This document shows, piece by piece, positions 15,537 through 26,250 of a stretch of DNA of 64,000 nt. The position numbers were made by a program, and so were the translations under genes. The first letter of the stretch is position 1. Each line of letters begins with the position of its first letter. The notes below the pieces were generated by a model. That model was not told the origin of the DNA and did no database searches. It saw only the letters and a list, made by a program, of their open reading frames with translations. Origin of the DNA: Sminthopsis crassicaudata (Eukaryota); assembly GCF_048593235.1 (NCBI RefSeq), contig NC_133620.1, positions 443,267,261-443,331,260 of the forward strand. The letters run 5' to 3'.

Positions 15537-18500
15537 CTAAGCAAAGACAGGAAGGAGAAATTAGGTAACACCCAAATCAAGTAAGCCATTCCCAAATTAC
15601 TGGGTTGGGCAGAGCCAGGACTTCATCCAACTTTTCCAATTCTGGATCAAAGAGAAAGAGAAGGCAGCAACCAAGGAGTTTCAGGAGCCTAGAGTAGAAA
15701 ACACTGTCAGTTACCTGATAAACTGAGGCATGAGAGAGTATGTGGTGTCTCTCCAGGGCTCTTTTTGGCCTCAGACAACAGGCTGTCTAGAGAGGCATCT
15801 GTCTCTGTGGCCTGAAGGAGTAAAAAGACACACAAGTGTTAGTAAATGAAGTGAGGGAGAAACACATCATTGCCCCAATGCTGTCAACTGTGGAAGCAGG
15901 GAAGTTTGGCTCCGGAAGAGCAAAACTAAAGCGTCTTTTGTTGGCTGGTGAAGTCGCCTCAGTTCTAAGGAGAGCCTGAGGCAGAACTCTAGGCTGTGAA
16001 TTGAGTCCCCCAAAAGGTACCACCCTTTACAACCACTGGAGCTCACCCACCAATATATCCTGCAGCATCTCAGGGACAGCAGCATCTCCTTCTCCCACAT
16101 CTTGGGGAAGTTCAACTGCATAACCTTGGCGCACTAGTTCTAGCCCAATGTCAAGATTCTGGAAGAGAGAAAAGCAAAAGGATTAAGAAAGATAACTTAT
16201 TTTCCTAGGCTAGTCATAAAAATGGGAAAAAGGCTAGTATGGGGAATTTGGGGAAATTAACAATAATCCCCAAAGTCAAAAGACCAAGGGAATATAAGGT
16301 ACTGAGTTCTTTATGCCTTACTTGTCCATTGCTTGTGTCATAAAGGTGTATTTCTGGCCAAGTAGAAATTCCTGTTTGCACATAGCTAGAAATCTTGGCC
16401 ACCAGAGGCTTCCACTCTGCACAATGAGTGAGACGGTCAAATTCATCTAGTGCTTCCTCTTCCCACTGTTCACCTGGTAAAATAGGCAGAGGACTCAGTG
16501 CTGAGAATGGGAATAAAATCAGGAGACTGCCTATCTTTTTTGCAGAAGTGGTCTGAGCTCTTGGGAGTTCTATCAAGTAGCCAGACAAAATAGAATTTCC
16601 CAGTGTGCTATGTGGAACTCATTCTATCATGAGACCAAATCCCATGACTAACTTACCTGAGGGAACAATCCTTGCTAGACTACATTCTATTGCTTGGAAT
16701 GGGAGGCTTAGAAAGTCACTCCTGAAATAATAATTAAAAAAAAGGTAATTAAGACTCTTATGACAAGTTCTTCTAAAAGTCATATTGTGTCTCTGCTTTA
16801 CGACTATTAACATATGAGCAAATCTCATCTATCCCTCCTTACAACTGGTTCCACTTCAAACCTCCTGAGATCTTCACAATGTCTCCAATTGAAAGGGATG
16901 AGTTATAATTAGAATTAAGATATGATCTGACTTCTTTCTCTATAGCCATATATATGACTGAAACTACTGACCTGATAGCTCTCAAATCCTTGAGTGGGCT
17001 CTCCCCATTATCTCCAAAGTCAACAAAGTAGAGATCCAGGTTTCCATTCTCGAGGGTACCCAGGACACGGGCCCGATACCAGGGTCCATCTGTAGGTAAA
17101 GGTGCTGCTACAATGTCACCCACGTGTACGGTAAGATCTTCAGGCTACTTGTCCAAGTTGGAGGGAAGAGGGGAGAGTGGCAATAGATGGATCAGACAAA
17201 AGGTGAGAGAAAAGAACAAATGTCCATGACTCATAAAAAACTGGTTCCCAAAGGGAAAGAAAGAAAAGAATGGAAAAGATAGGAGACATTTATTTCCCTC
17301 AAACCCTATTATCTCCCCAACCCTTTGGTCCACATGGCAACTCACTGATTGACTGTTCTCATAGTACTGGGTCATCTCATTGACCAGCTTGTCCAGTTGT
17401 AAACTGCGGGAGCCAATAATCTGGATCCAGAAATGGTTAGGGTTTTCGGAGGCAGATACATAGACTTCTAGATACTCATCAGCGTGAAAACTGAAGTCAG
17501 GGCTGGGGACTGAACACATTATGCAGTTGTTGGTGGCTATGACAAAACCATGCCTGGCTAATAGAAGAGGGAATTGGGCTAAAGGAGTGATTGCTTTCAG
17601 TTTTAAAAATATTCAAAATCAGAGAAATAAGGAATGATACTTTTCTTGTTCTTTTCCAATTACAACACCAAGGTCATGACATAATTCAGATCTCTAATCA
17701 CGTTTTATATCCCTTCAGATGTTGGTCTCCTTTCAGGATTGTTATAGCTCCCACAGGATGCACATATAAGACTGAGCAAATAAAGCATTAGGGTAGCAAG
17801 AGATTTGTACCCTAGTATCTATTAGGATAACCGGTTTACCATTTACTATTCTATCCCACAACTTTCACTTGGGGAAGAAAAACTTCCAGACCCTGGGACT
17901 TTCCTTTGTACAGATGTCAAGAAATGACTACAAAGTAACAAATCTGATTCCACAAACCACACAAGAAAAAGTTTCTTTGTAATCACACCTCATATTGGAA
18001 TGAGAAATGTTTTGAGGAATACTATATATAAATCCAAGGTAAAACAGATCTTTAAATAGTTGCAGGTTTATCTGAAGAAAAATTTTAATCCTGGACTGCT
18101 AGACTTCCAGCACAGGATTTTAAATGCTTTTTGTCACCACTTTGTACTTTGGAAATGAACTGCTATAATAATTATGAACAACTATTAGCTCAGCAATTTG
18201 CTATTTTCAAAGAATCATGATTCATTTCCAAGACAAATATAAAGTACTTTCGGTTATCTGGATATTTGAGTTATCAAAGTGAGTCTTCACCCATTTATTA
18301 GCATGGATAATCAAGCTGTCATTGGAGATAACATACTTTCAAATTTTGGCATCTCTGGACTGGCTTGGGCTCCCATGTCCTCCTGGTGGCTGTTGTCACT
18401 GAGTTTTTTTTCATGGGAATGTTCTACCCGTTCTGGTCTCAGCCCAGCTGTATCTCCTCCTCCACGGCTAGGAGTAGCAGCCAGTGATGGGGCCAGTTTC

Positions 18501-21500
18501 TTGCCAGTGCTCATGTCCTTAGGAAAGGCTGGCTCTCCAGCTCCTCCAGGCCCTGCCACTTCTTCTCTCTTGACACTGATGGGCTGTTTGCGCTGTACTC
18601 TGGATTCTGCTGAATGAGCAATCCTCTTCCGAAGCTCTTCATCTTCGGACACTTTTTCTAGAATAAGATGCTTGACAGAAAAAATAATCAGCTCAGATCC
18701 TCAAGTCATGAAAGAAGGGGATCTTCTCATTCAGATTTTACACACGCACACATGCATAATCAGCTTTACTCAATATTCACCTTGGCTGCTGCCACTTCCT
18801 TCTGTGTTCCTGAAATCTTTATGAGTCGCGTTAGTAGCAATGTCCCTTCTGATTCCTTGTCACAGGTAATTTTGGCCCCAGAGCTCTTGCAGATGGCACG
18901 AATGGTTTCCCCACCTCTCCCTGCAGAAAGATACATAGACAAATTCCTCTGCTTGCCACCTACTTTGCAGCAACTAGAAAAATCATTGGAAGTAAGAATA
19001 AATTTTCATTTCCAAACTGAGCCAGGTTCTTAATAAATGCCTGAACAAAATAGTTCCTGAAATCTTTCCTGCCAATATAGCCTCTAAGATAATTTTTTTC
19101 TTTTAATTTAAAAATTTCAGGTAGTTTCAATTCCTTCATTCTAAATATATCTATTTTCTTAAACCATTCAAGGAGGCTACACTTTTCAGTCCTAAAATAA
19201 GCTCTACTAGAGAGAGAAAAAGGGCATTAACCAAGTTAACAAGAAGAAGTGTATTCTAATCCTGGCTTTGGGAAAAGAGGGAATGCTAACTTTATGACTT
19301 AGAAACGTCAGTGTTGAGTCTGTTTGCTCATCTGTAAGCCAGGGATAGTATTTGCCCTGCTTACTTACACAGAAGAGTTATAAGGTACATGGAAAATCAG
19401 CTTATCAAAAACATTCTAAGTACTATTAAATGCTATAGAATTTTAAAATCTTACAGTAAAGGGCTAATACTTTCTGAGAAAGTATGTATTCTATCTTCTT
19501 TTTTTCCCCCCCCCTGAGGCTGGGGTTAAGTGACTTGCCCAGGGTCACACAGCTAGGAAGTATTAAGTGTCTGAGATCACATTTGAACTCCAGTCCTCCT
19601 GAATTCAAGGCTGGTTCTCTATCCATTGCGCCACCTAGCTGCCCCTTGTATCTTCAAAAGGTTAAAGAGAGCAGGAGCAGCCCACTTTAATCCTTTTTGA
19701 ATCTACTACCCATAGTTTTCTCTAAATCTTTTTTGAATATAATTGATATTTTGGGATTGTATTTGAGACAAATTGGGGTAAAAACTCTGGTTAACATCTT
19801 TTGGATATGTCACCTAATGGAGATTACAGTGACCAAGAAAAATACCTAAGAAGAAAAAATGAAGAAATAAGCATTAGAAGGAGATAACAGTACCTATAAT
19901 TCTGCCCACAGATCTCTGAGGTACTGAAAGCTGTTCATACACTGGGGTGTTCTCTGTTAGGATCTGGTGGATTGCTGCTTTGGCTTTGCAAACCTGGACA
20001 GGAAAGCCACTGATGAGCAGCACTCGTTCTTCACCTACATCTTCTGTGTCCACATCAATTCGAGCTCCAGTCTGCTTCCTTAGCTTCAGAGAGGAAAGGA
20101 GGAAAAAAAGGGAAAGTGTGTACATCTATGAATATGGCATGGCTTAGGGAGAGAATAGGTAGAGACATATATCGTTGGACATAGCCAAAATGGGAATTAG
20201 TTTTCCTTGACATATTTGTTATGAGGACTTTAGTTTTTCTTTTCTCTCTCTCTCTCTTTCTTTCTTAAAATAGGGCATGGAAAGAAGAAAAAAAAATCTT
20301 TTAATTGAAAAAAAAATTCTTTTAACTAAGAGACTTTGAGAATTGATTCTGTGGGTGCTCTAGGGAGATGGAAGGAAAGAAAATGGCTATCTAGCCAATT
20401 CCCTGATCCAGCTCCTAATTGGAAATGCAATCAATCCTTATCTTGCCTGCATTAACAGGCAATGAATAGATAATGGAAAACAATTAAATAATCAATTTAA
20501 AAATATTCAGATTTGTGATACTTTTTTTTAACCTTCAAAAAGATTTTTTAAAAAATCAGTTTTATTTTCAGCTGTCTATAATTCTCTCCACTTCCCTTGA
20601 CCCCCACAAAACTGTCACAAACATGTAGAGCTGAACAAACCATCCTTTGGTCATGTCAAAAACCAAAAAGTTTCAATCTGTACTTGAGTCCTTCACAAAC
20701 TATCAGGAGGTAGGCAGCATGTCTCATCACTAAATCTCTGGAATATTGGTTGGTCATCATTCTGACTGGAGTTCTTAAGTTTTTTCAAAGTTATTTGTCT
20801 TTACAATATTGTTATTAAATAAATTGTTCTTTTTAACTCTCTTTACATTTATCTTATCAGTTCATACAAGTCTTCCCAGGTTTCTCTGAACCATTCCCTT
20901 TAGCATTTCTTGAAGCACAACATGGTATTCCATTACAATAATATATCATAATTTGTTCAGCCATTCTAATTGATAGGCACCTCCATCAATTTCCAATTCC
21001 ACCAGTTTCCAATTCTTTGCCACCAGCAAAAATTGCTGTTATATTTTTGAACATATGAGTCCTTTTCCTTTCTTCATTCTCTGGGTCAAAGGATATGCAC
21101 AGTTTAAAATATTTTGGGGCAGAATTCTGAATTGCTTTTCAGCATGGTTGAATCAGTTTACAATTCTACCAACAGTACATTAATGTATTGTTTGTTTACC
21201 CCAGAATCATCCTAGCATCTGCTGCTTTCTTTTTTTTTTTTTTTTTTTTGTGTCATTTGCCAACCTGATAGGTATGAAGTTAAAAACCTTGGAGTTGTTT
21301 TAAGTCATATTTCTCTAATCATTAGAATTTTAGAGTATTTCTTCATGTGGTTAATTTTAGCTTGGATGCAAGCTAAACTTCATATCCTGACCATTTTCAT
21401 TATTTTTAATCACAAATCAATTCCCTAAATATTTTAGGAAATGAAAACTTTCTAAAGTGACTTGCGTTATCAGCATTTTCTATAATGGAGATAAGCTAGA

Positions 21501-24500
21501 AGCGTTCCCAATAAGGTCAGGAGTGATGAAAGGATGCTCATTATTACTACTATTTAATATTATACTAGAAATGATACTTATAGCAAGTAGAAAAGAAAAA
21601 TGCAAAGAATTGGAATTGCCAATGAAGAAACATAACTATCCTTCTTTGCAGATGATATTATGGTACACTTGGAAAATTCCAGAAAACCAACAAAAAACTA
21701 GTTAAAATAATAACAATAATATCAGCAAAGTTGAAGAATATATATTACCAACAAAGTATAGCACCAAGAGATAGGGAAAAAAAATCCTTCTAAAATAACT
21801 GTAGGCAATAACAAATACATGGAAGTCTACCTGACAAGTTAGATGGGTGACACAATCACAAAACACTTTTCACAAAAAACAAACAAAAAAAACATCTTAA
21901 ATGGAAATATATTTAACTGCATATGGATAGGTTGAACCAACATAATAAAAAATGACAATTCTATCTAAATTAATTCAGTGTCATGCCCATATAGTCAGAA
22001 AAAAATAATACACACTCATCTGGGAGAATAAAAGGTCAAATATCAAGGGAATCAATGGAAAAAACGTAAAAGAAGTTAGCTATATCAATTCTAAAAGTAT
22101 ACAAGATAGCAATAATCATCAAAACAATCTTGTAGTGACTAAGAAATATAGGTAGATTAGTGGAACAGATTTTACATAATAGTAAATGACTATAGTAATT
22201 TAGATCCGAGCTTTTAGGAAAGAACTTACAATCTGACAAAAATTTCTGGGAAAAGTAGAAAGCACTTTGGCAGAAATTAAATGTAGACCAACACCTCACA
22301 CTACATACTAAGATAAAGTTAAAATGAGTCCATGATTTAAATACAAGGGTGTGAGCATAAGCAAATTAAGGGGGAGCATGGAATAGTTTGTCAGATCTGT
22401 ATATAAGGGAAGAATTTATAACCAGACAAGATAGAAAACAAGATAAAAAATTTTGATTACATTAAATTACATTACAAAATTACATTAATTTTGATTTCAT
22501 CAAATTAAAAAGATTTTGCACAAAAGCAAAAAGCCAAGACTAGAAGGTAAGCAGAAAACTGGGGGAAAAATTTATAGCCAGTTTCTTTGACAAAAAACCT
22601 CATTTCTCAAATTACAAAAACTGAATCAAATTTTTAAGAATCACAAATCATTCCCAAACTGACAAATGGTCACAGAATATGAACAGGTAGTGTTCAGATG
22701 AAGAAATCAAAGCTATCTATAGTCATATGAAAAAAATACTTCAAATCAATATCAACTAGAGAAATGCAAATTTAAAAATCTCTGAGGTACCAATTCCTAC
22801 CTATCAGATTGGCTAATGTAACAAAAAAAATAAATGTAAAATGATAACTATTGGAGGGGATGTAGGGAAATTGGGACACTAAAGCACTGTTGATGGACTT
22901 GTGAACCGATCCAACTATTTATGGAGAGCAATTTGGAACTATACCCAAAAGACTATGCTATGCATACTCTTTGACTAAGCAATACTACTACTAGGATTGT
23001 ATCCCAGAGGTTGTTTTTTTTTTTTTTTAATAACTTATATGTACAAAAATATTTATAGTAGCTTCTTCTGTGGTATCAAGGAACTAGCTGAATAAGTCAA
23101 AGTATAAGATTGTAATGGAATACTATTATGCAATAAGAAATGATGAGAATGATTTCAGAAAAACCTAAGACTTATATGAATTGACACAAAGTGAAGTGAA
23201 CAGAAGAACCAGGAGAAGCACATCTAGTATTGTAGGATAATCAACTGTGAATGACTTAGCTATTCTCAGTAAGACAGTTCTGAAGGACTCATGACAAAAA
23301 AATGCTATCCACTTCGACAAAGAACTGAGAAAGGATTCTGAATGCAAATCAAAGCATATATTTTCCCAAAGTTTTATTTTTCTTCTTTTTAAATTTTTTT
23401 TGGAGGTGGGAGGTCTGTATTTTATTTGACAAGATTAATATAAAATGTTTTGTATGATTATTGTATAATGTATTTCAAATTGATTGCTTTTCTTATTTTT
23501 TCAATTTGACAAATGAGGAAGGTAACTATTAGATATATACTGAATAGCAAGGAAAATCATCCAATCTAAAACTTAATGTTTACGATAATCTATAAAGTAA
23601 ATTTCTAGTAATTTAATCCATTTCTTGAATATAAGAGCCTTACATTATAAAATAATGGCTAGGGGCAACTAGGTGGCACAGTGGATAGACCACCAGCCTT
23701 GAATTCAGTAGGACCAGAGTTCAAATCTGGTCTCAGACACTTAATACTTCTTACCTGTGTGACCCTGGGCAAGTCACTTAACCCAAATTATCTCGGGAAA
23801 AAAAAAAAGTCTTTGTTAATAAAATAATGGCTAGAATGAAAGCCATCAGTCATCAAAGGGGAGCAATTTAGCTTTCCAAAAGTGCTTTTCTCTAAAGGCA
23901 ACTTATTTTCTGTATGTACATATGATATTGGGAGGGGAGGGGAAAAAAAAAATCAATGAACACATAATATCCACAAAAGCCAACATACTTACTTGTTTAA
24001 TATTGGCTCCTTGTCGGCCAATAATCAGCTTCACAGCCTCCTGGGGGACCCGCATCTCTACCTCAATATCATCTTCCCCAACAAAAGTCAGACGTTCTTC
24101 TATAAAATGACCATCAGGTAAGTCCCAATGCTGAAAGCTCATATAATACCCTTGTGCTCCCTGACTTCTATGGCAAACATCTGTCAAAAATTATAAGATC
24201 CCAGAAAGAAAAGACAAGGAAACCCAATAATAGCAACAAATGGGGGGCAGCTAGGTGGCGCAGTGGATAGAACACCAGCCCTGAGTTCAGGAGGACCCGA
24301 ATTCAAATCTGGTCTCAGACACTTAACACTTCCTAGCTGTGTGACCCTGGGCAAGTCACTTAACCCCAGCCTCAGGAAAAAAAAAAATAGCAACAAATGA
24401 AGGTGCTATCTGAATGGGAACTTAAAGATTACAGAAGATGTGACTAGCAGACAGGATAGCTTTGCAGACTGTTGCTTCACAGACATCAAAACAGGAAAGG

Positions 24501-26250
24501 ATCCCTGGCCTGTCTTACAAGGAAGGTGTATTGAGTTTCAGAGAGTTTTCTGATTCTAAACTATCTCCAAAAGGAGAAGGAATCCAGAATTACCTGGATA
24601 TTCTGTTCAGATTCAAGACTTTTTATTCCACCAATTTTTTGCAAAACATTTAAACCCTGAAACACAGACCATTAGTGGGGAGGGTATGAATGAGAAGAAA
24701 TTGATCTCTCCTCAGAGTTGAATAGGAAGGTACATATAAAAAGAATGGGGTATTTATATATATAAATATATAGTAACAGATGTAAGACCAAAAGCCATTC
24801 CTCAAAAGTAGTCAAAGGATATAAACAAAACATTTCTCAAAAGACAGACTGAAAATTAACAATAATATAGAAAAATGCTCCAAATCTCTAATAATAAGAG
24901 ATGCAAATCAAAATAACCCTGAGATTTTATCTTCTATCCAACATATTGGAAAAATTGAAAAAAGATGAGGCTATCTAATCTGGGATGTGGAAAGATAGGA
25001 CCCTGGTGCATTATTAGTGGAGCTATGAACCAGTACAACTGTTTTAGAAAACAATGTAGGAATATGCAAATAAAGAGTTCATACCCTTTGACCCAGCGAC
25101 TCTAGTATTAGGCTTATATCCCAAGGAGGTCACTGGTAATAAGAAAAAAAAAAAAATTCTCACATACACCAAAATATTTATAGTGAGCATTTTTTGCATT
25201 GTAGTAGAGAATTCAAAATAAAATATGTACTCATCAACTGGGGAATGGATAAATAAATGACAACATATGAATGTAAAGGAATATTGCTATGCTTTTAAAA
25301 AATTATGTGATGAATACAGAGAAGCATGGAAAGATCTACATGAATTATTTCAGAGTGAAATAAGCAGAGCCAAGGAAATAACATACTCAAAGATCGGAAC
25401 AATATAAATGGAAAAACCAAACACAAAAAAATTCAAAAGAGAATGTTGCAAAATTACAAAGAAGAGCTGGCAGGCACAGGATAATACAATGCACATATTT
25501 TCAGACTTTTTTTTTTTTTTTTTTTTAAATGTACTGAGCAGTTATGCTGGTTTCCCTCCCCTCTTTTTCTTCAAAATATCATTTGTTGTATGGGCTAGCT
25601 CTCTGGGAGGGGAGGCATAAGGGGGAAATTATGTTGATGTTTTTAAAAAAAAAGTCAATAAAATTTAAAAAAAAAAAAAAAAAAAAAAGAATCCACTAAG
25701 GGCAGGTAGGTGGCACAGTAGATAGAGCACCAACCCTAAAGTCAGTTAGATCTGAGTTTAAATGTGGTCTCCACACTTAACACTTCCTAGCTATGTGATC
25801 TTGGGCAAGTCACTTAACCCCAGCTGACTCAGGAAAAAAAAAAAAAAAAAGAATCCACTAGTTCCCTCTTTAGATCAATAGAGTTCTTAGAAAAGGACAG
25901 ATGAATTGGTATCTCAGTCTACAGACTTGCTGCTAATGGCAAAGTTGCAGTAACAAAAAGGAACATATTTCTTTGCTAGTGGAAATGCAGTTAGTTGGCA
26001 AAGACTCATGCTAGTTGAAATATGATAAGTCTAAAAGGTTTAATTTTTTTTTTTACTTCAGGTTAATGAAATATGTCAGTTTCTAAAACTTTGCATCTGT
26101 ATGTGCGTATACACAAAAATACATACCTCTGCTTTCTCTATACCTTCGATAGAGGATATAAGCAACAGTCAGGCTGGCTGGAATTCCAAGGCCCAGTGCT
26201 ATTTTCTGAATGGTTGAGAGGTTTGTCCAAGAAGACCATTCAGTAGACAT
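15481..26250 (-). CDS. TDRKH: Tudor and KH domain-containing protein (TDRD2), whole spliced CDS (12 coding exons, 569 aa)
   Basis: join(26250-26127,24099-23993,20083-19894,18920-18781,18670-18337,17509-17346,17144-16972,16721-16657,16473-16322,16158-16051,15811-15715,15536-15481) = 1710 nt. N-terminal TM anchor, two KH GxxG loops (GRQG, GRGG) and extended Tudor WYRARV...YFVDFGDN. Confidence 0.95.
15715..15811 (-). CDS. TDRKH: TDRKH penultimate exon
   Basis: ATETDASLDSLLSEAKKSPGETPHTLSCLSLS; 97 nt. Confidence 0.93.
16051..16158 (-). CDS. TDRKH: TDRKH exon
   Basis: NLDIGLELVRQGYAVELPQDVGEGDAAVPEMLQDIL; in-frame donor GTGGGT, with an alternative GTGAGC 4 nt further on. Confidence 0.85.
16322..16473 (-). 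CDS. TDRKH: TDRKH exon
   Basis: GEQWEEEALDEFDRLTHCAEWKPLVAKISSYVQTGISTWPEIHLYDTSNGQ; 152 nt. Confidence 0.95.
16657..16721 (-). CDS. TDRKH: TDRKH exon
   Basis: RSDFLSLPFQAIECSLARIVPS; 65 nt. Confidence 0.95.
16972..17144 (-). CDS. TDRKH: TDRKH exon (Tudor core)
   Basis: PEDLTVHVGDIVAAPLPTDGPWYRARVLGTLENGNLDLYFVDFGDNGESPLKDLRAI; 173 nt. Confidence 0.95.
17346..17509 (-). CDS. TDRKH: TDRKH exon (extended Tudor N-part)
   Basis: IPSPDFSFHADEYLEVYVSASENPNHFWIQIIGSRSLQLDKLVNEMTQYYENSQS; 164 nt. Confidence 0.95.
18337..18670 (-). CDS. TDRKH: TDRKH exon (linker)
   Basis: HLILEKVSEDEELRKRIAHSAESR...SPEMPKFE; 334 nt. Confidence 0.93.
18781..18920 (-). CDS. TDRKH: TDRKH exon (KH2)
   Basis: GRGGETIRAICKSSGAKITCDKESEGTLLLTRLIKISGTQKEVAAAK; 140 nt. 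Confidence 0.95.
19499..19645 (-). mobile_element. WSINE1-like SINE
   Basis: Full-length reverse copy. Confidence 0.88.
19894..20083 (-). CDS. TDRKH: TDRKH exon (KH1 to KH2)
   Basis: LRKQTGARIDVDTEDVGEERVLLISGFPVQVCKAKAAIHQILTENTPVYEQLSVPQRSVGRII; 190 nt. Confidence 0.95.
20520..21330 (-). mobile_element. Degenerate LINE-1 3' fragment
   Basis: Reverse copy of the L1 ORF2 end/3'UTR motif (TTGTTCAGCCATTC). Confidence 0.65.
21420..23470 (+). mobile_element. Degenerate LINE-1 ORF2 and 3'UTR
   Basis: RT remnant LEAFPIRSGVMKGCSLLLLFNIILE...SLQMILWY; A-rich strand bias. Confidence 0.75.
23663..23808 (+). mobile_element. WSINE1-like SINE
   Basis: Full length; 15-bp TSD TAAAATAATGGCTAG (23648-23662 / 23820-23834). 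Confidence 0.9.
23993..24099 (-). CDS. TDRKH: TDRKH exon (KH1 start)
   Basis: EERLTFVGEDDIEVEMRVPQEAVKLIIGRQGANIKQ; 107 nt. Confidence 0.95.
24243..24387 (+). mobile_element. WSINE1-like SINE
   Basis: Full length; TSD AATAGCAACAAATG. Confidence 0.9.
24780..25690 (+). mobile_element. Degenerate LINE-1 3' end with polyA tail
   Basis: GAGATGCAAATCAAAATAACCCTGAG and CCCTTTGACCCAG motifs; long A-tail. Confidence 0.7.
25700..25850 (+). mobile_element. WSINE1-like SINE inserted at the end of an L1 A-tail
   Basis: TSD AAGAATCCACTA. Confidence 0.88.
26127..26250 (-). CDS. TDRKH: TDRKH first coding exon (mitochondrial TM anchor)
   Basis: MSTEWSSWTNLSTIQKIALGLGIPASLTVAYILYRRYRESR; acceptor before 26268; donor GTATGT. 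Confidence 0.95.

Noticed and set aside
24243-24320. tRNA-like A/B-box sequences
   Set aside because: These are the tRNA-derived heads of SINEs with A-tails and TSDs, not tRNA genes.
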